Shown piece after piece: positions 21,001 through 30,704 of a stretch of 64,000 bases of DNA; the stretch's first letter is position 1; each line of letters starts with the position of its first letter. The stretch spans positions 576,001-640,000 of the forward strand of contig CAWELD010000010.1 of NCBI GenBank assembly GCA_963809895.1. Direction: 5' to 3'. The stretch is from an uncultured Gemmatimonadales bacterium (GTDB lineage: Bacteria; Gemmatimonadota; Gemmatimonadetes; Longimicrobiales; Gaopeijiaceae). The position numbers and the translations under genes were made by a program. The notes under the pieces were generated by a model. That model searched no databases. It was not told the origin of the DNA and saw nothing but the letters and a program-made list of their open reading frames with translations.

Positions 21001-21411
21001 CAGCGAGACCGCTCGCTCGGTGCTGCCCTCGGTCCTGCGACGGATCTGGATCCGGTCGCCGCCGCTGGGACCGATGCGGACGTAGATGACCCATTCTCGA
21101 TTGCGCCCACAGGCGCCGGGCGCCTCGAAGCGCATGTCCAGACGCTCGCCGGGTGCGAGACGACGATTCTGAAGATCGGGATCGATTCCGTTGAACTTGT
21201 ACGCGAGCGTGTTGATACCGTCCATGTACACGCGGCCCTCCGGAAGCAGGATCCAGACACTCTCGGAGAGATTGTTCAAGCCCCGGATGGCGAATTGACA
21301 GGCCCGCGCCCCCGGCCGCTCGCCAGCGGGCGCCGCCGCGGACCGGACCGACGCGGGTAGCGCCAACGTCACCGCGGCCAGGGCGGGGAGCCAGCGTCCG
21401 AGCGCCTTCAT
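18070..21411 (-). CDS. Large secreted serine hydrolase (beta-lactamase fold) with tandem repeat domains
   Basis: Signal peptide; two GxW..N.GMR..V.GD.ATL repeats; repeats GLRLTDVE, GYRLVAFD, GLEPIDLE, GFRLIDYE; catalytic SVSK, YST, HGG. Confidence 0.85.
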   Translation of the reverse strand: MKALGRWLPALAAVTLALPASVRSAAAPAGERPGARACQFAIRGLNNLSESVWILLPEGRVYMDGINTLAYKFNGIDPDLQNRRLAPGERLDMRFEAPGACGRNREWVIYVRIGPSGGDRIQIRRRTEGSTERAVSLGESSCWAEAPRGANDLFDRYVLLENDATGCGSELPAEDEGAAENEGADDEGAAEEGDQPPAEASGSIDPSALQGNWRRFDSNNARNDGMRAVVQGDRATLTFIPPQGSQLFSEGNVLWQNISSDGTLQVRGSDGQYYSARMTLDGDRLNIDIDSNGPGNDQTWDRAGPSLDGEWVLRTSGDGANEGMRIRVEGDKATLRYLPANASGRYRVGDVLWQDIGREELRALTPSRDYASSGYRLTAGERLRVEVDGVIQVWLRPDADLDAGAGGGLDEPDAGGGDADSENPAACVATGLLDDVMNVAWGWGLTESDPDPGSIRSALPAWEPVPARSRRVIDVDRSVVPGLDDHYSLIWEANTGGLDWEEAHGLTVAEFESRNQTYRSRGLRLTDVEVDEVDGALTLAGIWSDNVEGIDWSWDQVISPDEFDAEVAQRRADGYRLVAFDAFRRGDQLLYTAVWHRSCAGAEWDYVAGEDRDAFEARLDEASARGLEPIDLESWQTPAGRRYAAILEAPAAQREVRIQLDKTLKEFVNHQRRNVDVGFRLIDYESYDTGNGPPRYAGLWVENDDRYSDPVRGQLDALIERYREDADVPGMSVAIIDDGEVIYRRGFGMADRFNQQWAWSGTVYLLASVSKVVGATLAARLEEQGVLDLSRPTADYLVPAREYIPGDATSDQACASDDPPWQCATLPDTHTHTVEQLLAKTGCVPHYTDKDANGNTIDYTPSERFYRWRAEALEQVWGNGLLPGCTPGENYHYSTPGYSFVGAVLESRTGTDVATLIQEEISDPLGLTSLRAMSTPSGPRPDYDRARPYVLRFTQMDTTASPDTLVNRADPSSNPSEPTDYDDNSWKVLGGGIESSAVDLARFGWAALDGQIVSRTSRLWNTRTGTATYTSDGSEAPIVGLGWEMDAQYASHGGSWRGARSELLLAVNDGISIAILSNRRNQRIIRYRTTASGFRVRTISALAGNIMDLVKSR

Positions 21412-21553
21412 CGGGCGAAGGCCGGAGCGAACGCGTGGAACGGGCTCGAGAGGGTTCGGGACTGCATGGGAGGCCTCCTCCGCGCTGGGGCGTATCCGTG
21501 GTCGGCCGCCATAGCGAGAAAGGAGGGGGAGGTCCGCCACCCTCCCGCCGCGT

Positions 21554-24160
21554 TCAGCCCCCGTCCTGCTCCGCGTCGGGGGCTGACGCCTCCGCCTGCC
21601 TGCGGTAGACCGCCGCCTCGTCGGGGCGTCCCCAGGCCTCGTACAATTCGACCACCCGCTGCCGTAGGGTCGGCAGGTACCGGCGGTCGTCAGGATGCGC
21701 GTCGGCGAGCCACTCGTAACTCTCCACCAGCAGCGGCTCGGCTTCGGCGTAGCGGCCCTGCACCGCCAGAGCCCGGCCCAGGGTGCTGCGTCCGACCTGG
21801 TAGCGGAGTGAGCTCAGGTCATCACCCGCGTTCCGGAGAATCTCCATCATCTCGCGCAGGATCCGCTCGGCCTCCGCACCCTCGCCCAGCTCGGCGAGCG
21901 TCCAGCCCAGGCCGTGCATCGGGTAGGCGTGACCCAGCGAATCATCGGGGTATGCCTCTCGCCGCCGCCGGAGCACCTCGCGGTAGAGTGGTGCGGCGCG
22001 GGAGTATTCACCCTTGTCACGAAATCGTCCCGCCACGCTGTTCAGCATGTTGAGCGTATGGGCGTGCTCGGGACCGTGGATGCGGGTCTCGATGGCGACC
22101 GCTTGCTCCAACAGGGAGTCTGCGGCCGCGGGGTCGGACGTCTCCAGCATCAGCGCCAGGTCGTGGAGGGTGGCGGCGACGCTGGCGTGGTCGGAGCCGT
22201 AGACCGAACGACGCAGAGCCAGGGCTTCTCGCAGGCGCTGCTCGCCACCGGTCCGCTCACGTCCGATGGCTGCCGCGTGCAGGGCACTGGCCAGGGCGAG
22301 GCGGGTCTCGATGGAGTCCCCGTGACCCCGGAGAATCTCCACGGCCCGGTCTGCCGCGGCCAACTTCTGCCGTTTGCCCGAGGGCTCGGGCCGGGCCTGA
22401 CCCATGATCTCGGCCCAGGTGGTGAGGGCGGTGGCGAGTCGGACGTCGTCGGGGGCGAGCTCGTCTTCGGCCACGGCCACCGCTTCGTCGGCCACGGCCA
22501 TGGCCTGGTCCAGGTCGTGCTGGGTCGTCGCGGAGGCGAGTCGGTCCAGATCCTCGACCAGGTCACCCGGGTCGTGGGGTCCGCTGCGCCGGAGAGCCAC
22601 CGCCTGAACGAGGGCCTCGCGGCTCTCGTCGAAGAGCCCCAGTCGCTGGTACATCTCGCCGATGGAGGCGAGCACGTCGGCGTGAACCTGGGGCTGCCCC
22701 GCCAATTGGCTGTCTGCGCGGGCGCGGCCGACTTCCAGGAGCCGCCGGGCGGCTGTCGGCGAGGCGTCCTGGGCGTTCGGGTCCGCCATCCGGATCAGGT
22801 CGGTGACGAAGGCCGTGACCGTCTCGGCGCGTGCCGCCGCCGCCTGCGCCCGGTCGCGCTCGACGGTGGCATGCCTCGCCTGTACCACAGCCACCCACGC
22901 CGAGGTGCCCAACGCCATCACCACGACGGCCGCCGCCGCGACGGCGACCCGATGGCGTTGCACGAACTTGGCCGCGCGGTAGCCGACCGTGTCGGGCCGG
23001 GCCGCGACCGGCTGTCCCGCCAGGTGCCGCTCCACGTCGTCCACCAGCGCGGCCGCCGATTCGTAGCGTCGCTCCGGCTCGGAGCGGAGGGCGTGCAGGA
23101 CGATGGTGTCCAGATCGCCTGCGAGCCTGCGGCGGAGCGTGCGGGCCGAACTGCTCCGCCGGGTGGCCGTGTCGGGGCTCACGAGCGCACTGGGGCGGGT
23201 CGGGTCGGCCTCGGTGACCGCGCGCTCCGCCCGCGCCGGCGACAGCGCGCGCACCTCGTAGGGAGGATGTCCCGCCAACAGAACGCAGAGCAGGAGTCCC
23301 AGTTGATACACGTCCGAAGCGGTCGTGATGGCCTCGCCGCGGACCTGCTCGGGGCTCGCCCAGGCCGGTGTGAGTGGTCGGAGGCCCGTACGTGTGACGT
23401 CACCCAGTGGGGTGTCGCTCAGGAGCTTGGCGATGCCGAAATCCAGCAGCTTCACGCGCCCTTCGCGGTCCACCAGGATGTTCGACGGCTTCAGGTCGCG
23501 GTGCACCACCAGGCGTTTGTGCGCCCGCTGGACCGCCCGCGCCACATCGCAGAACAGCGAGAGACGGTCCGCCACCGGGAGGCCGCGACGGTCGCAGTAG
23601 CGGGTGATCGGCTCGCCCTCCACGTATTCCATGACCAGATACGGCAACCCGTCGTCGGTCGTGCCCCCGTCCAACAGGCGCGCGATGTGGGGATGGTCCA
23701 GGGAGGACAGGATCTGACGCTCGCTACGGAAGCGTCGCACCACGTCTTCGGTGTCCAGGCCCCGGCGCAGGATCTTCACCGCCACCTGCTGGTCCCACTG
23801 GCCGTCGGCGCGCTCGGCCAGGTAGACGGTCGCCATTCCTCCGCGGCCGATACGGCGTTCCAGGCGATAGTGCCCGCAGCGCTCGCCGCTCCGATCGAAC
23901 GACGCCGTCTCGTGGTCCTGGCCGGCATCCGGGGTCGGCGCCGGAAAGATCTCCTCCCACGGGAACTCACCCAGGTCCTCGACGGGGGATTCCAGAAAGG
24001 AGGCCGATTCGTCGGCGGCGCGCAGGAGGTCGACGACGTGACTCACCAGTTCCGGATCGCGATTTCGCGCTTCATCGAGGAGCGCGCGCCGCTCCTCCGG
24101 GGGCCGCTCGAGTGCGGCTCGGAACAGGGCGTCCACCTCCTGCCAACGCTCCGCCGTCAT
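21554..24160 (-). CDS. Ser/Thr protein kinase with TM helix and TPR repeats
   Basis: IGRGGMATVY, VAVK, HRDLKPSN, DFGIAK, SPEQ; TM segment; GxxH TPR repeats. Confidence 0.95.
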   Translation of the reverse strand: MTAERWQEVDALFRAALERPPEERRALLDEARNRDPELVSHVVDLLRAADESASFLESPVEDLGEFPWEEIFPAPTPDAGQDHETASFDRSGERCGHYRLERRIGRGGMATVYLAERADGQWDQQVAVKILRRGLDTEDVVRRFRSERQILSSLDHPHIARLLDGGTTDDGLPYLVMEYVEGEPITRYCDRRGLPVADRLSLFCDVARAVQRAHKRLVVHRDLKPSNILVDREGRVKLLDFGIAKLLSDTPLGDVTRTGLRPLTPAWASPEQVRGEAITTASDVYQLGLLLCVLLAGHPPYEVRALSPARAERAVTEADPTRPSALVSPDTATRRSSSARTLRRRLAGDLDTIVLHALRSEPERRYESAAALVDDVERHLAGQPVAARPDTVGYRAAKFVQRHRVAVAAAAVVVMALGTSAWVAVVQARHATVERDRAQAAAARAETVTAFVTDLIRMADPNAQDASPTAARRLLEVGRARADSQLAGQPQVHADVLASIGEMYQRLGLFDESREALVQAVALRRSGPHDPGDLVEDLDRLASATTQHDLDQAMAVADEAVAVAEDELAPDDVRLATALTTWAEIMGQARPEPSGKRQKLAAADRAVEILRGHGDSIETRLALASALHAAAIGRERTGGEQRLREALALRRSVYGSDHASVAATLHDLALMLETSDPAAADSLLEQAVAIETRIHGPEHAHTLNMLNSVAGRFRDKGEYSRAAPLYREVLRRRREAYPDDSLGHAYPMHGLGWTLAELGEGAEAERILREMMEILRNAGDDLSSLRYQVGRSTLGRALAVQGRYAEAEPLLVESYEWLADAHPDDRRYLPTLRQRVVELYEAWGRPDEAAVYRRQAEASAPDAEQDGG

Positions 24161-24194
24161 CGGATGTGCTCGTCCCCCTCGGTTCCTGCCGTGT

Positions 24195-24755
24195 CTACGC
24201 TGGTTCGAGTGCTCGGTACAGGTAGGCCTTGGCCCGCGTCCAGTCCCGCTCGGCGGTGCGGAGCGAGACCCCCAACGCTTCGGCCGCGTCCTTCATCGTC
24301 ATTCCTCCGAAGAAGCGGCACTCGACCAGCTTGCCCAGGCGTGGGTCGCGCTCGGTCAGCGCCTCCAGAGCTTCATTCAGGGCCAGCAGGTCGATGCTGT
24401 CGTCGCCGCCGCCGTCCAGGTCCTCACGCAGGGGGATGCGCACCATCCCCCCGCCGCGCTTCTCGGTTGCGCGAGCCCGCGCGTAGTCGATCAGCACGTG
24501 CCGGATGACCGTGGCCGCTACAGCGAAGAAGTGGGCGCGATCCCGCCACGTGGCCGTGGCCTGGTTGACCAGTTGCAGGTAGGCCTCGTGCACCACGCCC
24601 GTGGTGCTGAGGGTGTGAGAGCCCTCGGAGCGGAGGCGACGGTGGGCGATGCCCCGCAGGTCGTCGTACACCACCGGGATCAGGCGCTGGAAAGCGCCCC
24701 GGTCCCCGCTGGCGCACTCCGCCAGGAGCTGCGTCACGTCGCCAGGAGGCATCAT
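24195..24755 (-). CDS. ECF sigma factor (kinase-associated, TIGR02999-like)
   Basis: DVTQLL, VYDDLRGIA, HTLSTTGVVHEAYL, HFFAVAA, KRGG, VECRFFGGM, TAERDW. Confidence 0.92.
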   Translation of the reverse strand: MMPPGDVTQLLAECASGDRGAFQRLIPVVYDDLRGIAHRRLRSEGSHTLSTTGVVHEAYLQLVNQATATWRDRAHFFAVAATVIRHVLIDYARARATEKRGGGMVRIPLREDLDGGGDDSIDLLALNEALEALTERDPRLGKLVECRFFGGMTMKDAAEALGVSLRTAERDWTRAKAYLYRALEPA

Positions 24756-24920
24756 GGTCTGCTGTCTCCGAAGAGAGAGCCGTGGGCGGGCAAGGTTCTG
24801 CGCGTCGAGGCGCTCGGTCAAGTGCACGGTGAGCCTCGTGCGCGCTCCCGTTCAGGTCCAACGCAAGGCCTGCGCCCATCGCGCCATTCCGTCGCCCCGC
24901 GGGTCTGCGGAGGGTGAGGG

Positions 24921-25910
24921 ATGACGCCGCCGACTCCGCTCGAGACCCTCCGCCGCGCCCTGCGCACCAGGCGCTACAGCTCCAGAACCGAGAAGGCCTA
25001 CGTCGGGTGGGCGAGGCGGTTCCTGCATTTCCACCGGCGCCGCGCGCTGGAGTCGTTGGGCAGGAGAGAGGTGGACGCCTACCTGACGCACCTGGCCGTG
25101 GCGCGCCGCGTGAGCGCGTCCACTCAGAATCAGGCCGCGAGCGCGCTGGTGTTCTTCTTCAAGGCGCTGGGCCGGCCCCTGCCCGGCGGGGGCCGAACGA
25201 TCGTGCGTGCCCGGCGCCCGGCGAGGCTGCCCGAGGTGCTGTCGCCAGGCGAGGTGCGGAGGGTGCTCCGGGAGATGAGCGGGCAGAAGCGCCTTGTGGG
25301 CGCGCTGCTGTACGGCTCCGGATTGCGGCTGAACGAGGCCCTCCGGCTCAGGGTCAAGGATGTACGCCTCGAGCTCCGGGAGCTGGTCATTCGGCAGGCA
25401 AAGGGGCGACGGGACCGGGTCGGCCTCGTGCCGGACCGCCTCCGAGAGCCCCTGGCCCGGCAGATTCGCCGTACCCGCCGCCGGTTCGAGTCCGACCTCC
25501 AGCGAGACGCAGGTTGGGTCGAGCTCCCCCACGCCCTCGAACGCAAATCACCCCGACTCGCCCGATCGTTCGGCTGGCAGTTCATCTTCGGTTCCAGCCG
25601 TCTCAAGAAGGATCCCAGAACCCGCCGCCTCACCCGCCCCCCCATGCACCCCAGCGCCATGCAGCGGGCCGTGAAGGTGGCCGCCCGCCGCGCGGGTATC
25701 GACCGCCGCGTCACCTGCCACACCTTCCGCCATTCCTTCGCCACCCACCTGCTCCGTAGCGGTTACGACATCCGAACCGTCCAGGAGCTCCTCGGCCACA
25801 AGAGCGTCCGCACCACCATGATCTACACCCACGTTCTCAACCGCCCCGGCCTCGGCATCATCAGCCCCCTGGACCGTATGGGCGAGGAGGGCGAGGAGGG
25901 CGAGGAGTAG
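24921..25910 (+). CDS. intI: Integron integrase (tyrosine recombinase)
   Basis: [17 protein letters not shown], integron-specific insertion [49 protein letters not shown]; adjacent attC array. Confidence 0.97.
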   Translation: MTPPTPLETLRRALRTRRYSSRTEKAYVGWARRFLHFHRRRALESLGRREVDAYLTHLAVARRVSASTQNQAASALVFFFKALGRPLPGGGRTIVRARRPARLPEVLSPGEVRRVLREMSGQKRLVGALLYGSGLRLNEALRLRVKDVRLELRELVIRQAKGRRDRVGLVPDRLREPLARQIRRTRRRFESDLQRDAGWVELPHALERKSPRLARSFGWQFIFGSSRLKKDPRTRRLTRPPMHPSAMQRAVKVAARRAGIDRRVTCHTFRHSFATHLLRSGYDIRTVQELLGHKSVRTTMIYTHVLNRPGLGIISPLDRMGEEGEEGEE

Positions 25911-26111
25911 GCCTCGGCACCCGGCCGGAGCCCCGTGCGCGCTGAGGGTCCCGCGATTATCCATGCGAGCCGCCCGCAGCCTCTGGCCCCTCCATCCCCG
26001 GTAGCTCGGGGGCGTTATCCTGCACCCACCGCAAGGAAGCTGACCACGCCGAACCAGACGAGCGCCCGGGCGCTCGGCGACGGAGCCTGCGCCACCCCCT
26101 GGCGTCTAGCA

Positions 26112-26197
26112 TGCGGACGCCGCAAGTTGATCAGAGTTCGCTTCTCTCTGTGCTGCGGACGCGGCGCTGCGGGAGGGTTGGGTAAAGCTCGTTAGGC
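26112..26197 (+). other. Putative attI site
   Basis: GTTAGGC core at 26191-26197 before the first cassette, with no attC arm upstream; direct repeat TGCGGACGC at 26112 and 26154; GTTAG-GCAGTATGC partly complements the end of cassette 1. Confidence 0.6.
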
Positions 26198-26222
26198 AGT
26201 ATGCAGAGGCAGGAGGCACGTG

Positions 26223-27391
26223 ATGGACTACGCTCGACATGCCGGCCTGATCATCGTACTCGCTCTTGCCGGGTGCGGCGCGGAAACTCCGGGAGTACCC
26301 GCCACGACGGACTATCACGTGACTCTCGTTGCTGAGATTGGCGGGGGAGAGGGTGAGGGTGCGCTCACCGATGTCTTCGGAGTGGCCGTGTCCCCGGGGC
26401 GGGGCGTCTTCCTGAGTGAGCCGCGCTTCGCCTCGTGTAGTTGAGTTCGACCAGCATGGCCAGTTCACTCGGGTGTTGGGTGGTCGAGGTCGCGGACCCG
26501 GCGAGTTTCAGGTTCCTGGTGGACTGTTCTGGCGAGGTGACTCTCTTGCTGTTCGCCGACTTCACGAGTGGCATCAGCCTCTTCGCACCCGACGGGAGCT
26601 TCGAAGAGCGGATCTCCTTTGTGGTGAACGTGCCGGGGACGCCATTTGGAGGACGCCCAGGCCTGCCACTCGCAGATGGATCCATCGGTGTGGTTGTGCT
26701 CCCAGCGACGAAGCGAGACTGATCCCGGCGACGAGATGTGGTTGAAGACATCTCGCACGGGAACCGTCTTGGACACCTTGGCCCGACTGTCCATGCGGGG
26801 TCGAACGTTCTCGTTCCGAGCGGGGGGCCGACGCCAGATGGGCACGCATCCACTGGCCTGGGCACCGATTATCGCCGTGCCGCCCTCCCTGGAGGCCTTG
26901 GTCATCGTGGAACGCGGTCCTGCCACGACGTCGACCGGAGGGAGCTTCCGCGTCCTGCGCGTGAACCTCGATGGAGATACCATCGCTTCGAACAGATCGT
27001 GTATGTTCCTGTGCCCGTTTCGGACACGATGGTGGATTCGATCGTCGGTGGCATGGCTGGGCGGATGGCGGGGCGCTTCGCTATGTCTCCGTCAGCCCTG
27101 GCCGGGGAAATCAAAGACCAACTCGACTGGCCACCCTACGTGCCGCCGCGTCTCGACGGTGCTGGTTGGAGATGACGGGTCAGTGTGGATCGAGCGAAGA
27201 CGCCTCGGAAAACGGCTCGGTCAAGTGGGAGATCCTGGACGAGAGCTTCGCTGTGCTTGGAGCGGTGGCGCTCCCTTCGAACCTTGAGCCCAAGGTCGTG
27301 TCTCGGGGCGAGTTATGGGCCGTGCAAAAGGACTCCCTGGACGTTCCGACATCTGCTGCGCTTCGAAGATCCGCAAGGGAGCGCGAGTAGG
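26223..27391 (+). pseudogene. Cassette 1: 6-bladed beta-propeller lipoprotein with multiple frameshifts
   Basis: LAGC lipobox, GGRGRGPGEF, GDSL, LWAVQKDSLDVP spread over several frames. Confidence 0.75.
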
Positions 27392-27419
27392 CTCACCGGT
27401 GAGATGGCCGCAGACTGCG

Positions 27420-27529
27420 ATCTAACACGGCGTTTGCTACTGCGTGCGTCGACGAGTCGAAAGGGCTCGCGCGCTGAGGCGCGCGGGCGGCATCATGAGG
27501 CACGCAGCAGAATCGCAAATCCGTTAGCG
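27420..27529 (+). repeat. attC (family A)
   Basis: ATCTAAC..CTACTGCGTGC..GCACGCAGCAG..GTTAGCG. Confidence 0.92.
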
Positions 27530-27541
27530 TGCGCCGTGTGA

Positions 27542-28052
<511 letters not shown>

Positions 28053-28111
28053 CGATTCGACCACGAAGTATCGCGCCGGATCGCGCGGCCCGTGCCGTTC
28101 GCGGGGGCGCA

Positions 28112-28230
28112 CTCTAACAGGGGTTTGAACCTGACGGAGTAGGCGTGAAGGTCGGACGGTTGTTCGGCTTGCACCTCACAACCGCCGGTTGGCATGTTGC
28201 TCCCGCAGGTTAAACCCAAATCCGTTAGAC
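28112..28230 (+). repeat. attC (family B)
   Basis: CTCTAACAGGGGTTTGAACCTG..CAGGTTAAACCC..GTTAGAC. Confidence 0.92.
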
Positions 28231-28263
28231 AGCGATCGATGGGCGATGAAGGAGGCATGCAGT

Positions 28264-29370
28264 ATGAAGACATGGGCCGCTGGGTTCCTGACGGCACTGG
28301 CCATGGTGCCTTCGGACTCTTCAGCGCAAGATGTCAGCCTCCTTTGGGAGTACGGCTCGGAGGCCAACGGCCCCGAAGCCGTTTGGCAATCAATCACTGA
28401 CGCGCAGCTGTGGCGGGGCGAGATCTACGTGCTGGATACGCGCGCCCCCTTGGTTCGGCGCCTGAGTCAGAGCGGCCAGTTCCTGGGCGAGTTGGGTAGG
28501 CGTGGTCAAGGGCCCGGTGAGTTTGCCGTCCCGTTGGGACTCCACGCCTCCGCCGAGGGCCTTATCGTATTCGACGGGGCACCTCCGCGCTGTACGTGGT
28601 TTGACAGCGCAGGAAGGGCCACCAGAACCTCCGCTACCGAGCTTCCCACCGGCTACTCTCTCTTGGCTTGGAGCCAGTCGTTCGATAACGGATGGATCGT
28701 TGGGGCGACGCCCATCATTCAGACTCCCGATGGACGTGACTCTATGCAGCGCGTGCTCGCTTGGAGGGACCCGGATGACCTCCGAGTCCTTGCCGAGTTT
28801 AGATCGCTGGCAGTGGTTGGACGTCTGGGCCAGAATCTCCACCCAACTGCGCTGGCGCCGAAGGCAGGCCCCACTGGCGCCGCGGCGTTGCTCGGTGATT
28901 CGCTCGTGGTGGTCGTAGACGAGTCGGACGGTTTGCGGGTGTTTGGCATCGCACAGGACGGTCCCCAGGTGCGGGCTCGAATCCCCCTCCCAGGGCGGGG
29001 TGGGACGCTCTCGGGCCGAGCTCGCGACCAACTCATGGATAGCGCGGTTTCGAGGCTGGGCGGGGCGATCGCGGTGTCCGACGTCGTTGCCCCAGATCAT
29101 TGGTCGGGCTGGGTCGATGTGGAGGTGGAGGATGTTGGTGTAGTCTGGGTGCGGCGGGGTGGTGGGTTTGGACGAATCAGTTTCGGCGATCATGAGATTG
29201 GTCCGCGGCAGCATTGGGTCAGGGTGCCCCTGGCAGGCGGCCCGCGGGCGGAGATCACGCTGCCGATCGGCGTCGAGGCGATAGGGTTCGCACCCGGCTT
29301 CATCTTCGCTCGTCGCATCGGGGTCTATGGCGAGCAGTATTTCCAGGTCTATTCGGTCGCCCTTCCGTAG
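28264..29370 (+). CDS. Secreted 6-bladed beta-propeller protein
   Basis: Signal peptide; LGRRGQGPGEF motif. Confidence 0.75.
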   Translation: MKTWAAGFLTALAMVPSDSSAQDVSLLWEYGSEANGPEAVWQSITDAQLWRGEIYVLDTRAPLVRRLSQSGQFLGELGRRGQGPGEFAVPLGLHASAEGLIVFDGAPPRCTWFDSAGRATRTSATELPTGYSLLAWSQSFDNGWIVGATPIIQTPDGRDSMQRVLAWRDPDDLRVLAEFRSLAVVGRLGQNLHPTALAPKAGPTGAAALLGDSLVVVVDESDGLRVFGIAQDGPQVRARIPLPGRGGTLSGRARDQLMDSAVSRLGGAIAVSDVVAPDHWSGWVDVEVEDVGVVWVRRGGGFGRISFGDHEIGPRQHWVRVPLAGGPRAEITLPIGVEAIGFAPGFIFARRIGVYGEQYFQVYSVALP

Positions 29371-29454
29371 TCGGCCGCCGGATCGAGGCCCGCTGTCTAA
29401 CCAGCGTATCTGGACTCCCCCGACAGCAGTGCGCAAGTCGGACAGATAGCAGAG

Positions 29455-29640
29455 AGGGTCGACTGCAGTCGTATCTCCGGCCCTTGGGTGGGCGCATTCA
29501 GTTGGCCCTGGCCACGATGGAAAGTCGCGCGTGGGGTGCCTATCGATTTCACGGCCCTGGAGGCGCACGTTTGTTATCGGCTCCTCCCCACGCCGGTCCG
29601 CCCGGTCTGCCATCGATGTCGTCTCAACGCAGTTCGTCGA
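29455..29640 (-). ncRNA. Predicted bridge/seek RNA of the IS1111 element (ends approximate)
   Basis: Two stem-bounded loops carrying matches to the attC target halves and the donor junction halves. Confidence 0.7.
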
Positions 29641-29681
29641 TTCAGATCCTCCTTGTTCTGAGTGGCGGGCGTGTGTGATGC

Positions 29682-30704
29682 CTACGCGGCGTGCCGCGGC
29701 TCGAAGTCCCGTTGGTCCCGCCACACTCTCCAGGCGACACGGGCGAGCTTATTGGCAAGCGCGACGGCGGCCAGGTTGAAGTTCTTCCGGTTCTTGAGCT
29801 CCAAGGCCCAGGTGCGGAGGTCGTCCGGTTCGTCGGCCACCATCCCGGCGCGCAGGGCCGAGCGAGCCCCGTGGATGAGGAGCATGCGGAGGTAGGTGTT
29901 GCCGCGCTTGGTGATGCGGCCCAGTCGTCGAACCGCTCCGGAGCTGTGCTCCCGCGGTGTGAGCCCGAGATAGTCCGCGAAGCTCCGGCACGAAGGGAAG
30001 CGCTGCACGTCGCCGACGAAGGCGACCATCGCGGTGGCGGTGAGCATCCCGATCCCGGGTACGCTCATCAGATGGCGGGCGTCGGGCATGTGATGGGTTA
30101 GCCGCTCCAAACGCTGCTCGATGTCCTTGGCCCGAGCCGCGAGGCGTTCAATGTCGTCGAGCAACTCGAGCAGCACCCCGCCGAGCAAGTCCGGCACCGC
30201 CCCCTGCGTGAGCGCCGAGCGCGCGAAAGGAACCACCTTCCTCGCACCGGCGGGGATGTTCACTCCGTACTCGCGAAGGTGACCTCGAACCGCGTTGATG
30301 CGTGCCGTCCGGGTCTGCAGGTAGCCGGAGCGGATCCGGTGCAGGGCTGCCATGGCCTGCTGCTCTTCGGACTTCACGGGCACCGCATCGATGGCCCGAT
30401 TCCTCGAAGCCTCCAGCAACGCCTTGGTGTCGGTCCGGTCTGTCTTGTTGCCGTCCCTATACCGACGGACATCCCCAGCCGGCAGCAGACGCACCTGGTG
30501 GCCCATGGCTCGACACTCTCGGCCCCAGTAGTGCGCCGTGCCGCAGGCCTCCATCAGGATCTCCGACGGTGCCTGTGTCTCCAGGAACCGCCGGAACCCG
30601 GATCGATTGAGCCGCCGGTGCTCGGTGACTTGCCCCACCTCGTGCGATACCGCGATCTCGAACACGCTCTTTGCCAGATCCACTGCCACCTGCGTAGTCT
30701 TCAT
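29682..30704 (-). CDS. IS110-family transposase/recombinase
   Basis: VAVDLAKSVF, MEACG, KTDRTD (DEDD); SVPGIG, LGLTPREHSSG, GRITKRGNTYLR, VALANKLAR. Confidence 0.96.
   Translation of the reverse strand: MKTTQVAVDLAKSVFEIAVSHEVGQVTEHRRLNRSGFRRFLETQAPSEILMEACGTAHYWGRECRAMGHQVRLLPAGDVRRYRDGNKTDRTDTKALLEASRNRAIDAVPVKSEEQQAMAALHRIRSGYLQTRTARINAVRGHLREYGVNIPAGARKVVPFARSALTQGAVPDLLGGVLLELLDDIERLAARAKDIEQRLERLTHHMPDARHLMSVPGIGMLTATAMVAFVGDVQRFPSCRSFADYLGLTPREHSSGAVRRLGRITKRGNTYLRMLLIHGARSALRAGMVADEPDDLRTWALELKNRKNFNLAAVALANKLARVAWRVWRDQRDFEPRHAA

Noticed and set aside
25911..26190. Pc promoter or LexA box
   Set aside because: TTGATC near 26127 has no convincing -10, and no recognisable SOS box was seen
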